Part shown: positions 52,800-64,000 of the stretch, in pieces
Layout of the letters: each line of letters starts with the position of its first letter
Numbering within the stretch: the first letter of the stretch is position 1
DNA from: Xylographa opegraphella
Taxonomy: Eukaryota
DNA: 64,000 bases
Reading direction: 5' to 3'
Assembly: GCA_022813865.1 (NCBI GenBank)
Contig: JALDZX010000016.1
Span: forward strand, 124,001-188,000
Notes under the pieces: generated by a model
Databases searched by the model: none
The model's input: only the letters and a program-made list of their open reading frames with translations
Told to the model about the DNA's origin: nothing
Made by a program: the position numbers and the translations under genes

Positions 52800-53114
52800 A
52801 TGGACATGTCGAAGCTCCTCCAACTTCAGACCATGGCTGCCCACCAAGGCCTGCCTCCTCGTCCTCAACCTACACAAGATCCCGCTTCAACTCGTACGAG
52901 CAGCGAAGCCTCCAGCAGCGGCAGAAGCACTCCAACCTCCACCTCATCTGCCTCGTCCATCCTCCTCAGCAACATCTCCTCATGTGCTCGATGTTCTCGA
53001 TGCCAACGATCGCTCAGCGTAGACGCTTCCAACGCCACCACCATTGCAATACAATATAGCACCAATTGTTACTACTGTAACAGGTGTGCCCAAATAGTTG
53101 GCTTTCGGAGATGA
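52800..53114 (+). CDS. Small protein with a Ser/Thr-rich middle and C-terminal CxxC...CxxC
   Basis: Good start context (GCCATGG), 104 aa, ARCSRCQR...YYCNRCAQIVG. Confidence 0.7.
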   Translation: MDMSKLLQLQTMAAHQGLPPRPQPTQDPASTRTSSEASSSGRSTPTSTSSASSILLSNISSCARCSRCQRSLSVDASNATTIAIQYSTNCYYCNRCAQIVGFRR

Positions 53115-54129
53115 AGACGAAAATATTACGCTCGGCATGGTCATGGAGCCTTCTCGTTGTGCTTGCCAGCTGGTCGCTATCCTGATGGTTCTCATACAGA
53201 ATATGATGCATCTCGGTGCTTATGGACACGAATTCTATTCCAGATAACAGCACAACGGGTACATGGATGTCATTCGCGGCAAATCTTCTACTGGACTTTG
53301 CTTCATTGGGGGAGCGCGGCAACATATCCGTACTCTCGGCAGCCCTCGTGAGTCGGAAATGCTGAAACTTGAGCGTACAAACGCCTGTGCCAAGTGTGGA
53401 GTCACGCAGTGCCAGACTCTCTACCTGATATCACACTTGCAAGATCCTACCGCTCAGTCATTCTGGTGGGAGCTGCTCTCCGGCCTGTGAGCCATGATAC
53501 GGAGTCGAGGGAATAGTGACGGGGCCGACATAAGTCCAGACATGCTGCAAACTGGTGGTGTCATCTCATCGAACGATGTGATGACTGGAGGAGGTGGACA
53601 GTATTCTATGTCCAGGAAATGGCGCACAGATGAATCATGTATCATTTTGCCTAGTTTCATGAACTCGTTCGAAGTTATGAAAATCTATATCTATCGAGAC
53701 GCGCTTGTGATTGTGATGCACGGCAGTTTCACCGTGTCATCTATCGTGGCTCCTCGTCGCAATTTTATAAATGGTGTCTTCGTATCCCTTGGACCTGCCC
53801 GCAGGATATGCTGGGTGGCAGGCGCCTATGGGATCGCCCTGGACACCATGTATCGATCGAATAAATTCCCTCCGGACACAATTAGCCAATAAGCACCTTG
53901 GCTGAGAAAAGGTCGGTGTAAAAGTGGCTCTTGATCTTTTAGCCTCCCACGAGTATTCTTGGCAGTGATCATGGCTGGGTAGCTGTATTCGAATTGGACT
54001 AATGTGCACTGGAACCGCCCCATGCTCCCCAACTGTTCGTAATGGCATAATCTGATGTCGCCAATTATACCGTCTGGTGTTTAGAAATGGCGCTCTGCGA
54101 AGGGCTTGAAGACTTCAGTGGAAGATATC

Positions 54130-55698
54130 ATGGCTGTAAGTGGGCTCACTCCGTAGTCGTGCACGATATTGCTTGACTGACGAGGTAAACAGACCAGAAA
54201 CAGTCGCTTCGGCGACTGTAGCGACACCAATGGTTGTTCAACCGCAAATACCGCAATTAGCGTTTCGAAAGATGACCTCCAAGCACCTGGGCAACACGCG
54301 CATCGGAGAGCAAGTGCCATTCCTCAGAGGACTACGAGTATTAGAAATCAAGTTGCTTCACGCCCTCGGCCTGGAGAGGCTGCTCTCAGAACAGAACGCA
54401 ATGTTCCTGCCAACACTAAAACAGCAGGACTTCATCGATCTCAGTCAACAAAGCATTTTGTGGATGTCAAACAGCGCCAGATGCCGAGCCACCATCGTCT
54501 GAATAGCTTGAGTTGCCTAGGCTCCGAAAATCCTAGGAATGGACCAACGACGAGATCTTCAGTTGCAACGTCCTTTTCGGGAAAACGACAAGTTGGCTTA
54601 CCAGCCTCATCTCGCCCAATAGCTTCACATCCCGTTCATACACTCTCACATACGATAGACAATTCTGTTGATATTGCGAGGTCCGTTGGAGCAGGGCACA
54701 ATGAATTGGCCAATGAAGTCATCGAGAAACCTCAGGATGTGGATGCGAGACGACGGACATTGATTTCTAACGGAAACCGACGCGAGTTTACACAAGCAAT
54801 TCAGCGACTGGAAGCAGTCAGTGCAGCAGAGGAGGTTCTGCCAGCTGACTCGAGGCCTCACGCTCCTTCAGTAAAGCTCGACAAACCTGCGTTCTCCGCA
54901 CTGCAGCAGGATTTCAGAACGAAACAAGCACCTAGGAATTTGCATGCGCGCTTGCCTCCCAGTCCTACAAGTGTCACAAGTGACCGACTATCCCCCGAAG
55001 AGCTTGCGTTGAACGTTGAATTGCTTCAACTGCACATGCTGCACCGAAGTTCGTTTGCTACTCAAGTGCAATGGGAATCTAGCGCTAAGAAGTACTATTC
55101 GAATCGCTTTGAGGCACTGGCAGCAGACCACGAGAACATGACTGGCCGGGAAATGAATTTACAGGAACAAATCAATGCCAGTGCGATCATCGCATGGGGA
55201 AGCGGGTCAGATAACGTATCCGTTGGCAGCAAAATTCGAAAGCTTTCTCGAATCCTGAATGATGTCGTGGATCTCTCCGATCCAAGTGGACAGTACACCT
55301 GTCTTCTCAACTCGTTCGAGCACTGGTACAACAACGCCTTCAAGATACGCCAACTACGAGCGAGGCGAGACAGCATTCACTTCCATACCGAAAGGACGTT
55401 GGAGGGCATTGGCGACGGCTGGAAGGCTGAGGCAGACACGTTAAGATCCAAGCTCCTGGCATACCAAGAGGAACTGATTCTTCTGGGCGAGGCACATCCG
55501 AAATCCGACCTGACCCGCTGTCTCGACGCGGTCTTGGGAGCGCTCACCAATATGCTTGAAGAGCTCGACGTGATACGGGCTATTGAGACCCAGTTCCTCA
55601 GCGCGGAGGAGAACTGGCTGAGGGATTCTCTCGGTCGCATAGCGGCTGATCTCAGCAGCGGCATCTTCAGCCCCAGTAAGCCTGGGCAGCGCCGCTAG
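54130..55698 (+). CDS. Hypothetical protein: basic disordered N-half, helical/coiled-coil C-half
   Basis: Exon ATGGCT (54130-54135), intron 54136-54192 (GTAAGT..CTGAC..CAG), then an open frame to 55698 containing KPAFSALQQDF, ELLQLHMLH, QWESSA, LEGIGDGWK. Confidence 0.75.
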
Positions 55699-57087
55699 TA
55701 CGACAAACCGGCGTTTGCATCACTCCAGACGGAATACGGACGTACTCTCTCCGTACGCGGTATGGTGTCACGTGTGAACTTCTTGGCCAATCAGTAACAC
55801 ACATACAAGACACCCAGTGATCGGAGACTTTCCGGTATCCTTGCGGTGACCACTATACCATACCGTGAAAGGTACCTAAGTTACTAAGCCAGTTGAATAA
55901 ACTCCGACATGTGACCAGATTGTTGGAGGCCTTACTCCGTATTAGTCAGCCCTTAGGTGGATCAGGCCCTGCCAACTGAAGCCAGATCTTGGGATTGAGT
56001 GGATTTGCATGTTGACAACGTGCTCCTATTTCTCTTGCCCACTGCGACGTAGCACTGGATTCAAAAACCGGGCCAACCAGCAACGGTGCCGGTGATCCGT
56101 CAGAGCAAATACTGTGGTAGGCTCGGGAGGGCTACCACCCCTTTAGCTGCCACATGCGAGCAGCCCACTCCAAGATCTACCTCGTTAGTGCAACATGCAA
56201 GGCTTAGTCATGCCTTCGGGAGTCGTCCATGCAGCTGCCGAGCCTTTAGACCCCTGACGGAGTAAATGGCATTGGCGCGACCCTGAAACCAACATTATCA
56301 TCATTTGATGAGTAAGACGCGTTACGCTTGCTTGTGAACCGAACCCTGCTTATTGCCCGCCTCAGCAGCTACGAATAAGGTAGTCACGAAGTCTCCGTCA
56401 TCGTACTATCTCCTCAACAATACTGTGTGCACCTCTGTATGGACTTTGGCATGATTCTCTGCATACCAGCTTCGCTTTGCTTCGGATCAAGTTGAGCACC
56501 AACGCCTATTTCGTGTCAGTCGTTCGGTGGTGGTGTCGGCGGAGCGGCGTAATATAGCGCCTAACGGTCCTGTTAACTAGTACCTTTTTCATTAGTAATG
56601 CGTGCAGCAAATAATGAACATGCATCACCACGCTACTACTCCGCGGGTCCGATGCTCGCATCTTTTTGAACGCGGTGGCACGACCTTCCCGGATGAAGTA
56701 GATTCCATTGTGCATCATGTTCTGCTCACAAACATCCCTTCAGCTTCTCTTGGAGTCTTACCCTCCTCCCTTCAACGACTCAAAATACCTTGACCGGTAG
56801 ATTCGATCTTCTCAATAGCCAAATGTTCTTCCATGACTGATATCTGAGCCTCACGCAGGAGAGCCGATGTGACCTTGTCATGGTCCTTGCTAACTTTGTC
56901 ACCCTGTTCCCCAAGGTTCTCGAGCTTCACTCAACCCGTCAATGGCCCCCGCTCTAGCAATGCTCTGCAACTAGTCCGTCTGGTAGCAAGCTGACTGTGC
57001 CGGCCGGCCAGTGCTTTCGCCAAGCGGATGGAGAGCTGGCTGCGAAGGGAATGTATCTTGGTGGCTCTCATGTAGAGAGCCCCAGTG

Positions 57088-59202
57088 ATGGCTGCCGGGA
57101 ACAATTGGAAGCGACCTTGGGAGGACAAGATTGACGAAAATCATGGATTTTCAAGTGTGGCTGCGCCCGAGACGGACCGCTTACCTATACCACACCTTCA
57201 GCAAGTGCCTACACGATTCGAGCTTGAAACGAGGCTCCAGCGCAGTGGAGAGACTACGCCTCTATCTCAAGACAATAGTGAATCCATGTCAGGTTCAAGC
57301 TCGAAGCACAATCTCAGTCCAATCAGTAGAGACCAACAACGAAGAGGGAAGTGGCCAAAACATCGAGGTTCTCTATCCAATCCCCCAGGGCAAAAGTGTT
57401 CCAAGTACCCAGTGGGAAACGACGCCAGTTTTACTGACCTGTCCGCTCCGGCACCCATACCTAGCGTACTGGCTTCCCAGTTCGAAGGTACGTTTCCAAG
57501 ACAACTTTCTCTCGCCCAAGAGTACCAACCGCTTATCCTCATGTCATAGGCACACTGGGCAACCGCGATGACCAAAGGAACCGTCGTGGAAGAGCTTCGG
57601 CTCCCGATTTTACCTTTGGGTGCGATGATAGAAAGTCGTTCAGCGAAATTGCGCCGGAGCTGATGAATCCATCTTCTACGCATGACACTCATAACCGACA
57701 GGCCTCTTGTCAGACGTGTGCCAGTCTCCGTGGAGTTGTACACCGAGTAACTAACGCAGTGGACAACTTACATGGAGATTTGTCGATGATCTGGAAGGGT
57801 GTGGGGTCTGATCAGCACGAAGTCTTGGTTCGTCAGTCTTCGTCGATCGTTCGAAATGGTGTACTGATCGTCCTTTTTCCAGACTCTCGAGTCTTCAAGA
57901 ACATCAACGAGACCCCTTCCTCAGGATCCATTAGATCAAGTCTTGGAATGGGCAGTCCAACGGCTCGACTCAAGCATTCATCTGCTTAAGGAGACTTTGG
58001 TCCCACGTACACCTTTTCCTCCGAACATTCCAGATGCCATGATTTATGGTGAAGGGGATGCCGGTAAGTCAATAGCGCGTGTACATTTGAGGGATAAGTG
58101 GGAATGGAGAGGCAGACTTGATTTGCCGATGAATAAGCCATTTAATCAGCAACCCGAAATCGCTCGTCCCCCGAAAGTCAATGCGCCTCGGCCACTACCA
58201 CTACCCGAAGGGGAGCGGAGACGAAGTATTGCTGGGGAGTATGGTTTCAGCCAGCTTCCTTACTCTCCTTCAAGCACGGCACCTTCCGTGGGGTCGCACT
58301 TGAGTTTTCTGCAGTCTCCGATGCAAGCTCCTACATCCAATCGTCCTCTACTGTCGCCGTCCTCTTTGAATTTTTCCGGCTCTCAAACCCTACCTCCTTT
58401 GTCTCCTTCATTGATGGGCTCGAAGTCCCCTCACACGGCTCATCTTCAAGAACTACAACATCAACTCAGCACGAAATCCCTTGCTCACCAGATACTGCAA
58501 TCGGAGCATGATAAGCTCCTTGCAGCATATTCTCGTTCACAAACACGATGTGCAACTCTCGACAAGAAATCCCAAGTCTCGGACAACGAGATCAATAATT
58601 TGATGGAAGATCGGATCCGACTCCAGGCCCAAGTGGATGCGCTCGAGGCTCAGGTCGATGAACTGCAGCAGGGCAAAGAGGAAGCACAGAAGCAGTCGGT
58701 CGCGAGTGGTTCGCAATACCTGCAGATCATGGGAATGTCCTCGCGGCTGCAAGCGCAAGCGGCGGGCGACTTGAAGAAATGGAAAACCGATAGGGATGAC
58801 TGGCAGAAAGAAAAGGAATACTTGCTGCAAAAGATTGCAAACCTGGAAGCCGATGCCCGAGGAATCAGAAGTGCACCTGCGCTAATACCCCCTGGTTTCG
58901 TATCGAGCCGACAGTCGCCTGGCCCAGCGAGTCTTGAAGCCACCAAGACGGACATCGATTCTGCTGACGTGCTCATGTCGAATTCAATCGAAGTGCTTCG
59001 AGCAGAGATCGCGAGGCTTCGTAAAGGCAGTCGCGAGGCAGAAAGCTCTCTCCACTGCTGGCGAACAGACAGTCTCCAGCTCGAAGAGATATTGGGCAAA
59101 CTCAACATCGTCGGGAACCGTATGAGGGCTCGAGCGATAGATACCGCCGATCGGCACCACCAGCATCAGGACGGCTACTTCGATGGAGTACGTGGCGAGT
59201 AG
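57088..59202 (+). CDS. Hypothetical coiled-coil protein, three exons
   Basis: Introns 57488-57549 and 57828-57882 join three ORFs in frame; conserved-looking block HLQELQHQLSTKSLAHQILQSEHDKLLAAYSRSQTRCATLDKK...QYLQIMGMSSRLQ. Confidence 0.8.
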
Positions 59203-60410
59203 ATTTCTGACTGGAGCATATTTCGTTTGCTCTTCCACATGGTCGTTTGGCTACAGCGCCTTCCTATTGTTACATATATTTTCCGGTACCGTTCATTTTG
59301 GGGCTATACCATACTCGGGCGTTGGATTACGAAAGTGGCGTATGCTCGTTCGCACAACTTTTTTGTTGAGGCGAGGAGGTTATCTATCCGTTTCGGGGGC
59401 GCATACACATATCCCACAGGCGTCCGGTGTCCAACGACTCCCAACCATCGGGCTTTCGACCGCTCGAACAGGCCTTTCGCCACATTTCTCCTGTCGTACA
59501 TCCTAGTGTCTCACGACCGCCCCCGAGCATCGTTCGGGCGCCCATTAGTTCATCTATTTGTTCCGCGTTATGCTCATGGCTAATGACATCCCAACGCTCC
59601 TCACGGCCACGAACTCCCAAACCACCACCTCCAAACCCGCATATCCATCACCGACCGTATCCCTAATCGTCCCCGCCACCTTATAATTCATCCGGGCATA
59701 CCAGGCGCGTGTCCTACCGTACCGTCGACGCTATTCCCCCTCCATTACCCTTCTCAAGCCCGCCTCTCCTCAAACGAGCCGACCACGCCAGCTCCCAAGG
59801 GGGCCATGCCCCCACCCCACCCAATCTCCCGACCGGATCCTATGATACAGCTCTCGAGCTTTGTGCCTGCAGGCGTGTGGGATATGGTCTCTGATGGCAC
59901 TAGGGGGTTAGGGCTCTCCGAGACGCGTGTTCTGGGGCGGGTTTCGTGGGGGTGGGATGGGGATGGGGGGTTTTCAGGTGGAGGGTTTGAGAGGCTTGGG
60001 TGATGGATGGGAGGAGGAGGCACGGCGGAGGAGGAGGTGCGGAGTCAGGACTGCGGGAGAGGGGGTGTAACGGGTGGGTAGTGCGGACTGGACTGTTACT
60101 GTTACTTGGCTGTCGGCTCGCTGGGTACGTAAACATGCAACGCATACAAGCAATGCGCTTGGAGTATTGCTCAGCACACGCTGCTGCTGCTATCTTCGGG
60201 GGGCCAGGCGGGTTTCGTAACGCGTGTAGGTATCTATCAATCTATCTATCTGAACTAGCGATCGTGCGGTATCGTGTGTTCGGCACAAAGACGATTCCAA
60301 CGCCGCCAATCCAAACCAATCCAATTCAATCTACTATACCACCCACTTCGACCCATCCCGCATGCAAACCTGATCTCCAACCGACCACTCGTCCGCCCGT
60401 CCGCCCTTCC

Positions 60411-63400
60411 CTACCCCTCAAACGCCAATCTCATCAGCCGCCCCAGTTCGTGGACCTTTGCGAGCAGAAAAAAAAGAAAAGTCAGCAAAAGGTAATCAAA
60501 TCTCCTTAAGAAAGGCATCACCCCGTGTATGTGGGAGGAGAAAAACAACTCACCCTCGGCTCCGTGATCATATTGAAATGATGCCCCTCCATACTGACGT
60601 TGCGGATATTAGCCTCCCCCAACAGCTGGCCCCACCCGTTACTCCCGAAATCGGTGCGCGGGTTGAGCAACCAGTCCATGACCTTCGGATCACTGTCCTC
60701 CCGGACGGGGCGCGGATCCCCGGGCCTCTCGCAGACGCCGCCGCGGGCCCAGATGGCCAGCGTGCGGGGCTCCGTGCCGGCGGGGAACGGGCGCGCGACG
60801 TAGCTGTCGAGGTTGCGGATCATGGCTTCGAAATGCGGGATCACCCAGGCCGGCGTGCCTTTCGGGTTGCCGTTGCCCAGCATGCCGACCGAGTCGAAGA
60901 AGCGGAACAGCTTCGACGGCACCGGCTCCAGCTTCACGGGGCAGGGCGCGTCGAGCAGGATCAGCCGCGACACCGTCTCGCCCGCAGCGTGCAGCTGCAG
61001 CGCGGCTTCGTACGCGAGCACGCCGCCAGCGGACCAGCCGCCCAGGTTGTAAGGTCCATGAGGCTGCCGGCGCCTCACCTCTTCGAGGTAGATGGCCGCC
61101 ACGCCGTCGATGCCGTTATTGAAGTCTGCGGCGGTCTTCATGAAGGGGCAATTGAGGCCGTATACGCAGATGGAGGGGCCGAAGACAGGGATGGGCGCGT
61201 ACGAGGACGCGGAACCGGAGCCGTCAGGAAAGAGGAAGAGCTTGGTGACGGCGGTCTTGGGGTCGCCTTGCATGAGGAAGGAAACGGATTTGGGGGACGA
61301 TAGGGGCTGTGCTGGCATGGTGACCGGAGTGGGAGGTACCTGTGCTGGTGCCAGTACGGGTGACGATTTGGAAATGGGCCCACAGATCTTGCGCTCGATA
61401 TCGTGGATAGTGAGGCAGTCGTAGAGAAGGTTTGATGGTAACGAAAGACCAGTTTTCTCTCGAAGGCCGGCGAGAATGGAGAGGCTCATCAGTGAATCCA
61501 TGCCCATTGATGCCAGGTCAACTATTGTGGAGACTTCGTCAAGGTCGACGCCCATCTCATCGGCGATTGTGGTACGTATGGTATCTGACAGTTCGCGATT
61601 GTCGCTCGGCGACGTAGTTCCCGAGTTGGGAAGCGTATTGGTACGACTTGGTGTCGACGTCGGCAATGACAGATCTGTGGTAGATAATGAGGCGGCGTGC
61701 GTCGAATAAGTCTCATTGGCAGGTAATTGGTCTGATCCAGATGTGGGGCCTGGATAAGTCTTGGTAAGATAGTTTTTCAAGTCACCTACTGTGGAGTGTT
61801 CAAGAAACAAAGAGGAGCTGATATGAGGGTCGATATCTTCCCTGAGCTTGGCCAGAATGGTCAACGACAAAAGTGAATCGATGCCAATATTTTCGAACGC
61901 GCAGCTATCGACCAATTCGGAGATTTCGACTTCGCATTCTTTCGCAATAATTTTGAGTGTCTTTGATATCACAGAAGCCTCAGATATGGCAGGCATCGCG
62001 GCTTTCTTGGTTCCAGGAAGGTCGGACGATCTACCAGTCTGGGGTAGAAGCGGTGCCGGCTCAAACTGCTTGACTGGAGCCGACCTCACAGGCGTAGGCT
62101 TTGAAGACGTTGTACCGCCCGGTGGTAAGAGCATGTTCAGAAGCTTACGCGGAATGCACTGAAATTTCAGACCGCCAACGACACCAACAATAGTGTTACC
62201 ATCGAATATGAAAACATCACCCTGTTTGACTCCTGCTTCCTTTGCATCTTGCATCTTTACATACGCACGATAGGTCTTGCTGGCAGAAATGCTACTGAGA
62301 CGCATAGATCGCCACCCATGAGATATGTATACCGAGTCATTGGAGTCGGTCGCGTCACTGGCATTCACTATGAAGCCAGATAGGTGAGCCAAGCTGTCAA
62401 TCCACCGTGGGTTCAGAAAATATGTTCCGTCGGTGCTTGCGCCGCATTTGAAAGTGACTTTGGAAACCGCCTCGAAGTTGGCACTGTCGAGGATAACTTC
62501 GTCCATGCCGCGATATTTGTCATCGTAGTCGACCAGAGCTTTGAAAAGCTTGTAAGCCAGTCCTCGCCCAATTTGGTGGACCCCTCTGCCACCTTTGACA
62601 TCGTTCTCGAGACTCTGTACGCGACTTTCAATAAGATAGCGGCTTTGATTCCACTTAGCAAGCCACTTGTCGACGCTGCCGTATTTGACAAGGCACTTGG
62701 CATGATCAAGCAGTTTCTTACCCTGTTCTGAAACACTGAAGAATTCCAGCTGAACACATTTATTGTCAGCTATGGCGGAGATTTGCAGTAGCTGAGGCTT
62801 TGCAGTTTCGCTGGCTAGAATCAGTGGCTTGCTGACCTCCATCGAGCAAACATCCATGTTAGCGGGACCAGAACCGGGTCGCATTTGCTGATTCAGGTAA
62901 TCCGCGATGACCAGAGCAGCATCGGCATATATCGACGAGGGACAAAGTCCAACACCATTTACCAAGTGTCCTTGAATGGCAGCTCGGAGGCTCGGCTCAG
63001 AAAGACTCGATTGGGTGAGAAGTGTTGCGGATGTTGGCGAGATCTCCTCTTTTAGTATTTGTTGTACTGTAGTGGTCGATAACTTCGGCTTGGCCGGTTC
63101 AGCTTCTACCGTAACAGTTGTTGGCAGCACAACATCTCCTTTAGTAAGACACCAATTATTCTTGTAGTCAATCCAGTACTTCTTCAGGTCAAAACTGTAC
63201 GAAGGAAGCGTCAGGAGTCGATGTGAATCATTGTAATCAATATGAAATTCGCTCCATTTGATTGATACGCCCTGGCAGCAAAGGTTTGCCGCACTCTCGG
63301 ATAGGGTCTTCCAAGGGTCTTCATTCCTACGGAGGGAAGGGGCTGTAATCGTCTTGTAGCCCAGAGTAGACTTAATCATTCCGAGACAAACAGGGTGAGA

Positions 63401-64000
63401 GCCAATCTCAATCCAGACACTTTCTTCAGTGACTATCTTCTCTTTCTGAGCTACAGTGATGGCTGCAAGGAAATCAACTTTCTCGCGAGAGTGGCGGCGA
63501 AGGTAACTTGCGTTGAACTCTGCATTAGTTATGACCTTCCCAAGAAGTGGCGATATCACTGGTATTGTTGGCTTTGCAAAAACAGCAGACCTCGCTTCGA
63601 TCTCGAAGGCATCCAGAATCGGGTCAACTTGGGAGGTATGAAAAGCAAATGGAACATGCAATTTGATGGCTTTCAAGCCTTCTCTGGCTAGACAACTAGC
63701 TATTTCATCAATAGCTGACTGGGTACCGCCAAGCACGAGCTCTTCCGATCCGTTGATACAAGCAATCTCGAAGTCCTTACCGTTCAGGGCTTTGGTGACG
63801 GTAGAGGCTGACGACTTGACGGCAAGCATCGCGTGGGAGCCGAAGACACAAGCTTCTTGTAGAACCTTGGCACGACTTCCAACAAGATAGATTGTATCGC
63901 TGATGGAAAGCACTCCAGCAATATGAAGAGCGGCAAATTCTCCAAGGCTGTGCCCGATGACAGCAGCAGGTTGAATGCCCCAAGAGATCCACAGCCTAGC
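60411..64000 (-). CDS. Non-reducing polyketide synthase, 3' part (MAT-PT-ACP-ACP-TE); 5' part lies beyond the window
   Basis: MAT GHSLGE and VPFAFH; PT GHLVNGVGLCPSSIY and WIDSLAHLSGF; ACPs GIDSLLSL and GMDSLMSL; TE LFPDGSGS, GWSAGG, HHFNM. Last intron 60456-60553, final exon VHELGRLMRLAFEG*. Confidence 0.96.

Noticed and set aside
59427..60200. Small gene between the coiled-coil gene and the PKS
   Set aside because: ORFs are short, Pro- or Gly-biased by the local skew, and do not splice into a coherent frame.

Overview
Gene-dense, intron-containing chromosomal segment from a filamentous ascomycete (Pezizomycotina, inferred from gene content and short GT-AG introns with CTRAC/CTRAT branch sites). 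About 20 protein-coding genes can be built by hand. In order: PWWP chromatin protein, TEL2, UBA3, RPC40, complex I 49-kDa subunit, a Nak1/Kic1-like STE20-group kinase, a PDR-type ABC transporter, a lactose/cellodextrin-type MFS permease, an orphan, a Pho4/Nuc-1 bHLH factor, a Cys-rich probable GPI protein, CWC22, DPM2, two adjacent RRM genes, 6-phosphogluconolactonase, a small CxxC-CxxC protein, two coiled-coil hypotheticals, and the 3' half of a non-reducing PKS (MAT-PT-ACP-ACP-TE). No rRNA, tRNA, CRISPR array or intact transposon was recognised. The most unusual features are: (1) a 15-nt/75-nt hierarchical coding repeat in front of the kinase domain, broken by a 1-nt frameshift; (2) recurrent GC-rich islands with a sharp C-rich to G-rich skew switch at gene 3' ends; (3) a decayed Cys-rich membrane-protein pseudogene; (4) 6-nt and 15-nt microexons, an ATG-only exon and a GC-AG intron; (5) clustered CreA-type sites beside the permease TATA box. 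All homology calls come from motif recognition by eye; no searches were run.
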